Part shown: piece by piece, positions 29,675 through 40,666 of the stretch
Position numbering within the stretch: position 1 is the stretch's first letter
Layout of the letters: every line of letters starts with the position of its first letter
Source of the DNA: Microbacterium sp.
GTDB lineage: Bacteria; Actinomycetota; Actinomycetes; Actinomycetales; Microbacteriaceae
Length of the DNA: 64,000 nucleotides
Direction: 5' to 3'
Assembly: GCA_017744855.1 (NCBI GenBank)
Contig: JAGIAK010000004.1
Coordinates: forward strand, 811-64,810
Notes under the pieces: generated by a model
Database searches by the model: none
Seen by the model: only the letters and a program-made list of their open reading frames with translations
Told to the model about the DNA's origin: nothing
Made by a program: the position numbers and the translations under genes

Positions 29675-30724
29675 TCACACCGCGGTGGCGATCAGCTCCA
29701 GAGTCTGCGCGCGGCCCTGCGCGGTGTCGCGGGGCTCGGATTCGTACGCCGCGGCGACCGGCGACAGCATGACCTCGTCGACGCCGTAGCGCGCGGCGAA
29801 TGCACGCACCTCCGACGCGACCGACTCGCCGGTGCCGACGAACCACCGCTCGCGGGCGGCGGCGACGACCTGCTCGGTCGCGGCATCCCGTTCCGCCGAT
29901 GCCGCGACCGCCTGCTCGACGGTCTCCAGCGCGGTCAGCGGCTGGTTCAGGCGCAGTCGGGCCATCATGCGCAGCTGCGGCAGGGCGCGCTGTTCCGCCT
30001 CTTCCTGGGTGGGTGCGGCGACCGCGTTCACGGTGAGGAAGGTCTGCGGCTCTGGATACTCCTCGCTCGGCCGGTACCCGCTGCGGTAGAGGTCGAGGGC
30101 GCGCTCCAGCCCCTGGCCGGAGAAGTGGTTGGCGAAGACGTAGGGCAGGCCGAGGGATGCCGCGAGCTGGGCGGAGTAGTCGCTCGACCCGAGCAGCCAC
30201 ACCTCGGGGGCGCCGGTGGCCGCCGGGGTCGCGTGCACCGTGTACTCGCCTCCGGAGGTGAAGCGCACGGTCGCGCCCTCGCCCGAGATCAGCGCCGAGA
30301 TGTCCTGGACGTGCCGCGGGAACTGCTCCACGTCGCTCGTCGTGCCCGAGCCGCGCAGCAGCTGCGTGATCACCGGGTCGCTGCCCGGCGCGCGGCCGAG
30401 GCCGAGGTCGATGCGGCCGGGCGCGATGGCCTCCAGCGCGGCGAACTGCTCGGCGACGATCAGCGGGGCGTGGTTGGGCAGCATCACCCCGCCGGAGCCG
30501 AGGCGCACGCGTGAGGTGCGGGTGGCTGCGGCGGCGATGAGCACGGGCGGCGTGGTCGATGCGACGGCCGGCATGTTGTGGTGCTCGGCGAACCAGTACC
30601 GCCGGTAGCCGAGGCGGTCGGCAGCCTCGGCGAGGGAGAGGGAGGCGGCGACGGCCTCAGCGCTGGTCTGCCCGGTGCGCACCGGGACGAGGTCGAGGAC
30701 GGAGAGTGCGGGGGAAGTCATCAT
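29675..30724 (-). CDS. LLM class flavin-dependent oxidoreductase (luciferase-like)
   Basis: LSVLDL, WFAEHHN, GSGGVMLPNH and GLGRAPG motifs. Confidence 0.92.
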   Translation of the reverse strand: MMTSPALSVLDLVPVRTGQTSAEAVAASLSLAEAADRLGYRRYWFAEHHNMPAVASTTPPVLIAAAATRTSRVRLGSGGVMLPNHAPLIVAEQFAALEAIAPGRIDLGLGRAPGSDPVITQLLRGSGTTSDVEQFPRHVQDISALISGEGATVRFTSGGEYTVHATPAATGAPEVWLLGSSDYSAQLAASLGLPYVFANHFSGQGLERALDLYRSGYRPSEEYPEPQTFLTVNAVAAPTQEEAEQRALPQLRMMARLRLNQPLTALETVEQAVAASAERDAATEQVVAAARERWFVGTGESVASEVRAFAARYGVDEVMLSPVAAAYESEPRDTAQGRAQTLELIATAV

Positions 30725-30788
30725 GGGTGTGAACGGCGAGGGAGGGCGGGGAATTCCCGCCCTCCCTGTGCGAGGCGACGCTGCCCCG

Positions 30789-31016
30789 TCAGGCTCGCAC
30801 CGGTTCTCGCGGTGCGAGCGCTTCCGCCAGCGTGCGGCGTGCCAGTCGGAACCGGACCTGCCAGGCGGCGCTGTAGCTCTGCTCGGGGAGCGACTCGAGC
30901 AGAGCACGGTCGTCAGCGGGGAGCCCCTCTCGGACGGCCTCACGGAGCAGATCGTCGCGCAGCGCCGGGTACTCCATTCCGGCGAGGAAGCGATCGAGTG
31001 CGGGGGAGTGCGGCAT
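30789..31016 (-). CDS. DUF2795-like small protein
   Basis: FLAGMEYPALRDDLL...LESLPEQSY pattern; purine-rich RBS upstream. Confidence 0.7.
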   Translation of the reverse strand: MPHSPALDRFLAGMEYPALRDDLLREAVREGLPADDRALLESLPEQSYSAAWQVRFRLARRTLAEALAPREPVRA

Positions 31017-31098
31017 TTCTTCTTCCTTTCCGTGTGCGGGGAGGCGCCGGAGACGGATGCCGCCGGCGCCTCCGTGGATACGACAGGCGACTGCGGGA

Positions 31099-31521
31099 TC
31101 AGGCGTCGATCGCCTGCTGCTGATCGCGGGACTCGACCTCGATCCTGCGGGGCTTCGCCCGTTCGCTGACCGGAATGATCACCGACAGCACGCCGCTCTC
31201 GTACGAGGCGCTGATGCCGTCGAGATCGACGCCGTCGCCGAGGGTGAACTGACGCAGGAACTGGCCGGCGCCGCGCTCCCTGGCGAGCCAGCGCACGCCC
31301 TCACGCGTGTCCGCCGTGCGCTGCGCGCGGATCGTGAGCTGCGAGCCGTCGACGTCGACGTCGATCGAACCCGGGTCGACGCCGGGGAGGTCGGCGTGCA
31401 GCAGATACCGTTCACCGTCGCGGAACAGGTCCACCGGCATGAGCCGAGGTGCGCGAACGGAGTCCAGCACGCTCGCGGCGAAGCGGTCGAGCTGACTGAA
31501 CGGATCGAATGACAGTGCCAT
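31099..31521 (-). CDS. Hsp20/alpha-crystallin small heat shock protein
   Basis: ADLPGVDP, ERGAGQFLRQF and ASYESGVL motifs; AAAGGAG RBS. Confidence 0.93.
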   Translation of the reverse strand: MALSFDPFSQLDRFAASVLDSVRAPRLMPVDLFRDGERYLLHADLPGVDPGSIDVDVDGSQLTIRAQRTADTREGVRWLARERGAGQFLRQFTLGDGVDLDGISASYESGVLSVIIPVSERAKPRRIEVESRDQQQAIDA

Positions 31522-31650
31522 GAGTGTCTCCTTTCGTGCGGCCCCGAGGGGCGGGATGTGTGCGAGATTATCTGTGTCTCGCGCTGTAGATTTGTTATAG
31601 ATCAAGAGACCGATACAATGCAAGTCCCACCGAAGAGAAAGCGGGTCGAC

Positions 31651-31935
31651 ATGGAGCGCCACGCGCAGACCCCGGTCTACGGCATCGCCGTGGCGGCGCA
31701 GCTCGCCGGTGTGCCCGAGGCGAGCCTGCGTCTCTTCGAGGCGAAGGGGCTGCTCACCCCCGCGCGCAGCGACGGGGGGACGAGGCGGTACAGCGATGAC
31801 GACATCGCCAGACTGCGGCGGGTCACCGACCTGCGCGAGGAGGGCGTCAACATCGCCGGCATCCGCCGCGTGCTCGACCTCGAGGACGAGAACGCCGACC
31901 TGCGAAGCAGGCAGGCGTCGCCGGAGGACCGCTAG
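31651..31935 (+). CDS. MerR family regulator (HspR-like)
   Basis: VYGIAVAAQLAG..SLRLFE..GGTRRYS..GVNIAGIRRVLDLE; divergent from hsp20. Confidence 0.85.
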   Translation: MERHAQTPVYGIAVAAQLAGVPEASLRLFEAKGLLTPARSDGGTRRYSDDDIARLRRVTDLREEGVNIAGIRRVLDLEDENADLRSRQASPEDR

Positions 31936-31979
31936 ACCCGACGGCGCGGATGTCGGCATTCCCCGTTACCGTGGGGGGC

Positions 31980-33710
31980 ATGGACGCCGAGCTCTTCTAC
32001 ATCCTCGTCGGCAGCGTCGCAGTGGCGGCGTTCGCGCGCTGGCGCGGCTGGCCGGCGCCGCTGCTGGTCACCGTCGTCGCGCTCGCGGTGTCCCTCCTCC
32101 CGTTCGTCCCGGATCTGCAGACCGACGGCCACCTGCTTCTCAACCTCGTGCTGCCGCCGCTCCTCTACTCGGCCGCGCTCGACGTGTCGTTCGTCGGCTT
32201 CAAGCGCAGTCTGCCGCAGATCCAGAGGCTCGGGATCTGGCTCGTGCTGGTCACCGCGCTCGCCGTCGGCTTCATCGCCTGGCTGATCCTGCCGTCGCTC
32301 ACTCTCCCCGGCGCCCTGCTGCTCGGTGCGATCGTCGCCCCGCCCGACGCGGTGTCCGCAGCCGCGATCGGTCGCAAGCTCGGCCTGCCCCGGCGCATCA
32401 TGAACGTGCTCTCCGGGGAGAGCCTCATCAACGACGCCACCTCCTTGACCCTGTACCGGGTGTTCGCGGCGATCCTTGCCGCGCAGACGCTCACGGTCTG
32501 GGACGGCGTCTGGCAGTTCGTCGTCGCCGTCATCGTCGGCGTCGTGATCGGTCTCCTCTTCGGCATCGGGCTGCATCAGCTGCGCATGCGCATCGACGAC
32601 GCCGTGGTGATCGGCACGTTCGGCCTGCTCGCTCCGTTCGGCGCCTATGCGATCGCCGAGCACCTGGGTGGATCCGGCGTGCTCGCGGTGGTCGCGATGG
32701 GCATCTACGTCGGGTTCAACTCGCCGCGCACGGACTACACGACCCGCCAGCAGGAGAAGCCGCTGTGGCTGTCGGCCGACCTGCTGCTCGAGAGCTTCGT
32801 CTTCGCGTACATCGGCCTGCAGTTCCCGCGCGTGCTCGCCGACCTCGGCAGCGAGTCGGTCGCGCACATCCTCTGGCTGTCGGCCGCCGTGTTCCTCGTC
32901 GTGCTCCTCGTGCGGCCGCTCTACGTGTACCCCGCGAACGCCTGGGCGAATCGCAAGGATCGCAGACGCCTCGCCCGCTGGGATCGCAGCGTCGAGTCGG
33001 GGGAGTTCGACCGCAGACGCAGCCGCTCCCGACGCTGGCGGGACCACGATCCCGAGGAGCTGCGCACCCAGATCGTCAGGGAGCGGATGGCGGGGCTGCA
33101 GCTCACCTGGAAGGACAACGCCGTCATCTCCTGGGCCGGCATGCGGGGCGTGGTCACCCTGGCGACGGCGCTCGCCGCAGCCGACCTCGCCACGCTCGGC
33201 ACCGAGGCCTCGCACGCGATCGTCGTCGTGGCGTTCATCGTGACGGTCGGCACGCTGCTGCTGCAGGGGCTGACGCTGCCCATGCTCATCACGAGGCTCG
33301 GCATCGCGAGCGACTCCGAGCACGAGGAGGATGCGCAGGCCCTTGCGGCCGTGCAGGCGAAGACGCGAGAGGCCGGCAAGGAGTTCATCGCCGCCAAGCG
33401 CGTCGAATGGGAGTCGAAGCACGGCGCCATCGACCTCACGATCTTCGACGCGTTCGCGAAGCGGATGGCGCGGGTCGAGAAGGAGACCGACGAGGCGCAG
33501 CAGGTGGAGGACGCCGTGGCACGCCCGTCGTACGACGACCTGGTCGCCCTGTCGCGCGGCTGGTTGCAGGTGCGACGCGAGATCGTGCTCGCCGAGCGCG
33601 ACGCAGGCAACCTCGACGAGGAGGTCATGCGCGAGCTGATGACGGCGATGGATGCCGAGGAGCTGGCGCTCGACACCCGCGGCGCCGCACGCCAGCAGGG
33701 CCGCGCGTAG
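31980..33710 (+). CDS. Na+/H+ antiporter (CPA1 family)
   Basis: LPPLLY, APPDAV, GESLINDA and WAGMRGVVTLA motifs. Confidence 0.93.
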   Translation: MDAELFYILVGSVAVAAFARWRGWPAPLLVTVVALAVSLLPFVPDLQTDGHLLLNLVLPPLLYSAALDVSFVGFKRSLPQIQRLGIWLVLVTALAVGFIAWLILPSLTLPGALLLGAIVAPPDAVSAAAIGRKLGLPRRIMNVLSGESLINDATSLTLYRVFAAILAAQTLTVWDGVWQFVVAVIVGVVIGLLFGIGLHQLRMRIDDAVVIGTFGLLAPFGAYAIAEHLGGSGVLAVVAMGIYVGFNSPRTDYTTRQQEKPLWLSADLLLESFVFAYIGLQFPRVLADLGSESVAHILWLSAAVFLVVLLVRPLYVYPANAWANRKDRRRLARWDRSVESGEFDRRRSRSRRWRDHDPEELRTQIVRERMAGLQLTWKDNAVISWAGMRGVVTLATALAAADLATLGTEASHAIVVVAFIVTVGTLLLQGLTLPMLITRLGIASDSEHEEDAQALAAVQAKTREAGKEFIAAKRVEWESKHGAIDLTIFDAFAKRMARVEKETDEAQQVEDAVARPSYDDLVALSRGWLQVRREIVLAERDAGNLDEEVMRELMTAMDAEELALDTRGAARQQGRA

Positions 33711-33746
33711 CGGCATCCGCCGTGTCGGAGGCTGCGTCGCCGCGAC

Positions 33747-33826
33747 CACAATTCAGGACGGCAGTCGGGGACACGGGGGTGCGGGCCGCGAAAGTGCGCG
33801 GGTCCCCGCTCGCTTCCTGAGTTGTG
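33747..33826. repeat. REP-like inverted pair CACAATTCAGGA ... TCCTGAGTTGTG
   Basis: 12-bp inverted ends with one mismatch; related to the repeats at 38620-38770. Confidence 0.55.
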
Positions 33827-33835
33827 TGCGCCTCA

Positions 33836-33883
33836 CACGCGAGAGCGCCCCACTCCGCGGACGGGATGGGGCGCTCTCGCGTG
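33836..33883. terminator. Hairpin between the convergent antiporter and symporter genes
   Basis: Perfect 17-bp stem CACGCGAGAGCGCCCCA/TGGGGCGCTCTCGCGTG. Confidence 0.75.
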
Positions 33884-33893
33884 GGGCGATGTG

Positions 33894-35312
33894 TCAGCTC
33901 GCGGCGACCGGCTCCTTGGGCGCGTCCGCCTCGGGAGCGTCCTCGTCGGAGGAGTCGTCGGCGAAGGGCAGGCCCTCGCGCGGCGCGTTGTAGAGCTCCT
34001 CGTCGAGGATGCCCTCGCGCTTGGCCACGATGGTCGGCACGAGCGCCTGGCCGGCGACGTTGACCGCGGTGCGGCCCATGTCGAGGATCGGGTCGATCGC
34101 GATGAGCAGGCCGACGCCCGCGAGCGGCAGGCCGAGAGTCGACAGCGTCAGCGTGAGCATCACGATCGCGCCCGTGGTACCGGCGGTGGCGGCGGAGCCG
34201 ACGACCGAGACGACCACGATCATGATGTACTGCCACCACTCCAGCTGGATGCCGAAGAACTGGGCGACGAAGATCGCGGCGATGGCCGGGTAGATCGCGG
34301 CGCAGCCGTCCATCTTGGTCGTGGCGCCGAGCGGCACCGCGAACGAGGCGTACGAGCGGGGCACGCCGAGGTTGCGCTCGGTGACGCGCTCGGTCAGCGG
34401 CAGCGTGCCGATCGACGAGCGGCTCACGAAGGCGAGCTGCACGGCCGGCCACACGCCGGAGAAGTACTGCTTGATCGAGAGGCCGTGGCTCTTCACGAGG
34501 ATCGGGTACACGACGAACAGCACGAGCGCGAGGCCGATGTAGATCGCGATGGCGAACCAGCCGAGCGACGCGAGCTTCTCCCAGCCGTACTTGACGACCG
34601 CGGCGCCGATGAGGCCGAAGGTACCGAGCGGGGCGATGCGGATGATCCACCACAGCACGCGCTGGATGACCTTGAGCAGCGACTCGGTGAAGGCGAGGAA
34701 CGGCTCGGCCTTCTTGCCGGCCTTGAGAGCGGCGATGCCGACGGCGACCGCGACGACGATGACCTGCAGCACGTTGAAGCCCACGCTCGAGGTGAATGTG
34801 CCGTCAGCGGCTCCGGGGTAGGTGTTGACCGTGAGGCCGAGGAAGTTCTGCGGGATGAGCCCCGTGAGGAAGTTCCACCAGGTGCCGACCGTGTAGGGGT
34901 CGCCCTCCTGCAGGCCCTCGCCGGCGCGCGAGCCGGGCTGGATGATCAGGCCGAGGCCGATGCCGATGACCACGGCGATGAACGCGGTGTACGCGAACCA
35001 CAGCAGCGTCTGTCCGGCGAGGCGTGCCGCGTTCTGCACACGGCGCAGGTTCGAGATGCTGGCGACGATCGCGGTGAAGATCAGCGGGATGACGGCGGCG
35101 CGCAGCAACGTGACGTACGAGTTCCCGATCGTGTCGAGAGTGGCGGACAGTCCGTTGGGGGCATCGGCCGTCGCGCCGAGGTTGCGGGCGACGAGACCGG
35201 CGACGATGCCGAGCACGAGGGCGGCGATGATCTGGAAGCCGAACGAGGTCAGCAGCTTGCGCACGGGACCTCGGGTGTCGGGCGCCTTCTGGGCGCGTGC
35301 AGTGGTGGTCAT
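33894..35312 (-). CDS. Dicarboxylate/amino acid:cation symporter (DAACS)
   Basis: FVSRSSIGTLP, GATTKMDG and LDMGRTAVNV motifs; alternative start at 35339. Confidence 0.93.
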   Translation of the reverse strand: MTTTARAQKAPDTRGPVRKLLTSFGFQIIAALVLGIVAGLVARNLGATADAPNGLSATLDTIGNSYVTLLRAAVIPLIFTAIVASISNLRRVQNAARLAGQTLLWFAYTAFIAVVIGIGLGLIIQPGSRAGEGLQEGDPYTVGTWWNFLTGLIPQNFLGLTVNTYPGAADGTFTSSVGFNVLQVIVVAVAVGIAALKAGKKAEPFLAFTESLLKVIQRVLWWIIRIAPLGTFGLIGAAVVKYGWEKLASLGWFAIAIYIGLALVLFVVYPILVKSHGLSIKQYFSGVWPAVQLAFVSRSSIGTLPLTERVTERNLGVPRSYASFAVPLGATTKMDGCAAIYPAIAAIFVAQFFGIQLEWWQYIMIVVVSVVGSAATAGTTGAIVMLTLTLSTLGLPLAGVGLLIAIDPILDMGRTAVNVAGQALVPTIVAKREGILDEELYNAPREGLPFADDSSDEDAPEADAPKEPVAAS

Positions 35313-35407
35313 CGGGGGGAACTCCAGGGGTGACGGCATTGGCGTGCCGAGTGCACGCCCTGAGGTTCAACGCTACGAGCGCCTGTGAATTCCCTGGGTG
35401 GATATGA

Positions 35408-35447
35408 CGAAGGATGACGGATGCTGCGCCGCATCCGTCATCCTTCG
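35408..35447. terminator. Hairpin downstream of the lipoprotein gene
   Basis: 17-bp stem CGAAGGATGACGGATGC/GCATCCGTCATCCTTCG. Confidence 0.7.
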
Positions 35448-35467
35448 GTCCCCTCCCCGGGGTTGCG

Positions 35468-35800
35468 TCAGGACATGCACTCCTCGAGGTTGTCCTGGAT
35501 GATCTTGAAGCTGAGGTCGCGGTCCTCGACGCTGGACACCTGGTCCTTGCCGTCGGCGATGTAGCTGAGGGTCTCGTTGCTGAGCTTCGAGTCGACGAGG
35601 TGGCCCGCGAAGCACGACGCGGCATCCTCGGGGAGCGAGTCGCCGAGGCCGGCCTCCTCGAAGTACTTCGTGAGGCCCTTCTCCACCTGAGCCTCGGTCG
35701 GGCGGCTGGCGCCGCACGCGGAGAGCGAGACGGCGAGGGCGGCGATGGGCAGGGCCATCAGCAGGCGGGCGGGGGTGCGCATCTTCCGGTCGATGTTCAT
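35468..35800 (-). CDS. Small hypothetical lipoprotein
   Basis: Signal peptide with lipobox LSAC; strong GC3 codon bias. Confidence 0.8.
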   Translation of the reverse strand: MNIDRKMRTPARLLMALPIAALAVSLSACGASRPTEAQVEKGLTKYFEEAGLGDSLPEDAASCFAGHLVDSKLSNETLSYIADGKDQVSSVEDRDLSFKIIQDNLEECMS

Positions 35801-36017
35801 GCTTCCACGCTACGGGTTCACAGCGGATCGATAGAGACGACGGCATGGGGAGAACTACCCATGCTCCCCTGGAGACGCGTCGCCACCGTCACGCTCTCTA
35901 TGCCCACGGCGAACACGGGCATACCCGTCACGCCCGGTGGTTACTCTCGATGTATCAGCGCTTCGACCCTCGCTGTCCCGGAACCGGGAGCGCGGGGAAC
36001 GAACCAAGGAGTGAACA

Positions 36018-38543
<2,526 letters not shown>

Positions 38544-38548
38544 CCTCC

Positions 38549-38590
38549 ACGACGAAGGGGCGGATGCTGCGGCATCCGCCCCTTCGTCGT
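38549..38590 (+). terminator. clpC terminator hairpin
   Basis: Perfect 19-bp stem ACGACGAAGGGGCGGATGC/GCATCCGCCCCTTCGTCGT. Confidence 0.85.
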
Positions 38591-38599
38591 ATCCGGGAT

Positions 38600-38772
38600 C
38601 TTTCGGAGCCGGGCGCGGGCACGCACGGATTTCGGTCCGGGCACAGTTTCGGAGCTCGGCCCGGACACGGTTTCGGAGTTCGGAGGGGACACTCCGGGGA
38701 TGCGGTGTCGGAGGGCGGCGTGTCGGATGCCGGGTCCGAAGTTGTGCCCGGGGTAGGTCCGAAGTTGTGCTC
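38600..38772. repeat. Cluster of short REP-like repeats (GCACAGTTTCGGA and inverted TCCGAAGTTGTGC)
   Basis: Several TTTCGG units on the left and two GGTCCGAAGTTGTGC copies on the right in inverted orientation. Confidence 0.55.
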
Positions 38773-38801
38773 GGGGAGGCGAGAGAGGAAGGGACGGGGT
38801 G

Positions 38802-38814
38802 CGACACGGTGTCG
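38802..38814. promoter_or_regulatory. CGACAC-N-GTGTCG palindrome, putative activator site 1
   Basis: Centre lies 63 bp upstream of TAGCAT (38871). Confidence 0.6.
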
Positions 38815-38907
38815 TGCGGGGAGGGGCGGGATTCCGCCGGGCGGGGGAAGGCGAGGTATCCGGCAGCGGCTAGCATCGCAACGACGTCGAACGAGCAGGA
38901 GGGTGCG

Positions 38908-40356
38908 ATGGCGCACTGGGAACCGCGTGAAGCGGACGGACGCATCTTCTCCGGCGGATGGCGCGAACCCGGCGGTGGCACCGCTGCGGTGATCTCTCCC
39001 GGCGACGGCCGGCCGGTCGGCACGGTCGGCATCGCCGACGAGCACGACGTCGAGCGCGCGGGACGTCTCGCCGTCGACGCGCAGCGCGAGTGGGCCAGAG
39101 CCTCCTACCGTGAGCGGGCCGGGGTGCTCACCCGCGCGGCCGAGGCTTTGCGCGAGATCCGCTCCGACGTGGAGCATCTGCTCGTGCGCGAGAGCGGATC
39201 GCTCCCCACGAAGGCCGCACACGAGGTCAGCAAAGCGATCGACGAGCTCACCGAAGCCGCGAGCCTCGTGACGATGTCGCAGGGCGACGTGCTCCCCGTC
39301 GACGATCCGACGACCCTGGGCATCGCCCGCCGCATCCCCGTCGGCGTCGTCGGAGTGATCGCCCCGTGGAACGCCCCGCTCATGCTCGCGATCCGTTCCG
39401 TCGCCCCCGCGATCGCGCTGGGCAACGCCGTGATCGTGAAGCCCGACGTGAAGACGGCCTTCTCGGGCGGCGCCGTCATGGCGGAGATCTTCGAACGCGC
39501 GGGGCTGCCGGACGGCGTGCTGCACATCCTCCCCGGAGGTCCCGAAACCGGCGAGGCCGTCGTGCGCTCCCCGCACACCAGCGTCATCTCCTTCACCGGT
39601 TCGTCGGCCGCAGGACGTCGTGTCGGCGAGGTGGCCGGCGGGCTGCTCAAGCGCGTCATCCTGGAGCTCGGCGGCAACAACGCGTTCATCGTGATGGCCG
39701 ACGCCGACCTCGATCTCGCCGTCGCCAGCGGCATCGGCGGTTCCTTCCGCCATCAGGGGCAGATCTGCATGGCCACCGGTCGGCACCTCGTACACGAGAG
39801 CATCGCCGACGAATACGTCGAACGACTGCGTGCTGCGGCATCCGCCATGACCCTCGGTGACCCGCTCGCCGAAGGAACCACCCTGGGTCCGTTGATCACG
39901 CTCTCCCAGGCGGAACGGGTGCAGGGCATCGTCGACCGCGCCGTGGCCGACGGCGCCACGATCGTGCACGGCGGCAGCCACGACGGGCTCTTCTACGCCC
40001 CGACGGTGCTCGACGGTGTGGACCCGTCGAACGCCGCCTTCCAGAGTGAGATCTTCGGGCCGGTCGCCCCGATCACGCGCTTCTCGACCGATGACGAGGC
40101 GCTGGCACTCGCCAACGCGAGCGACTACGGGCTCTCCGCGGCGATCCACACCCGTGACATCGCCCGCGGCCTCGGCCTCGCCTCACGCCTGCGAGCGGGC
40201 ATGGTCGCCCTGAACGGGCAGACGATCTACGACGCCGCGCACATCCCGATGGGCGGCATCGGCGCCTCCGGCAACGGCGGACGCCACGGCGGACACTGGA
40301 ACCTGGACGAATTCACCTTCTGGCAGTGGGTGACCGTCCCGACGATCTCAGGCTGA
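38908..40356 (+). CDS. Benzaldehyde dehydrogenase-like aromatic aldehyde dehydrogenase
   Basis: APWNAP, LELGGNN and FRHQGQICM motifs; AGGAGG RBS. Confidence 0.88.
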   Translation: MAHWEPREADGRIFSGGWREPGGGTAAVISPGDGRPVGTVGIADEHDVERAGRLAVDAQREWARASYRERAGVLTRAAEALREIRSDVEHLLVRESGSLPTKAAHEVSKAIDELTEAASLVTMSQGDVLPVDDPTTLGIARRIPVGVVGVIAPWNAPLMLAIRSVAPAIALGNAVIVKPDVKTAFSGGAVMAEIFERAGLPDGVLHILPGGPETGEAVVRSPHTSVISFTGSSAAGRRVGEVAGGLLKRVILELGGNNAFIVMADADLDLAVASGIGGSFRHQGQICMATGRHLVHESIADEYVERLRAAASAMTLGDPLAEGTTLGPLITLSQAERVQGIVDRAVADGATIVHGGSHDGLFYAPTVLDGVDPSNAAFQSEIFGPVAPITRFSTDDEALALANASDYGLSAAIHTRDIARGLGLASRLRAGMVALNGQTIYDAAHIPMGGIGASGNGGRHGGHWNLDEFTFWQWVTVPTISG

Positions 40357-40367
40357 GACCCGGTCTG

Positions 40368-40420
40368 ACGACGGGAAGGGCGAGTCGCGCCGAGGGGGTC
40401 GACTCGCCCTTTTCCGTCGT
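40368..40420 (+). terminator. Hairpin terminator
   Basis: Stem ACGACGGGAAGGGCGAGTCG/CGACTCGCCCTTTTCCGTCGT. Confidence 0.7.
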
Positions 40421-40438
40421 GCCCGGACGGACGCCGGG

Positions 40439-40555
40439 CGTTGAGCGAGGGAGCGGAGCGACCGAGTCGAAACGGGGGTGAGGTGCGTGGGGCGTGGGGC
40501 GTTTCGTCTCGCTTCGCTCGCTCAACGACCGGGGGGCGCTCGCTCAACGACCGGG
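40439..40555. repeat. Stand-alone REP-like doublet of the family flanking the GIY-YIG gene
   Basis: GTTGAGCGAGGGAGCGGAGCGACCGAGTCGAAACG followed by inverted CGTTTCGTCTCGCTTCGCTCGCTCAACGACCGG and a partial extra copy. Confidence 0.85.
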
Positions 40556-40563
40556 TGGGCGTG

Positions 40564-40576
40564 CGACATCGTGTCG
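40564..40576. promoter_or_regulatory. CGACAT-C-GTGTCG palindrome, putative activator site 2
   Basis: Centre lies 64 bp upstream of TAGCCT (40634). Confidence 0.55.
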
Positions 40577-40666
40577 GAACGCGGGCCGGAGTTTCGCGCC
40601 GCGGACACGTATCGAGCGCCGATCGGCGAAACCTAGCCTGGGATTCCCGCAGTCGAGGAGGAGTAC

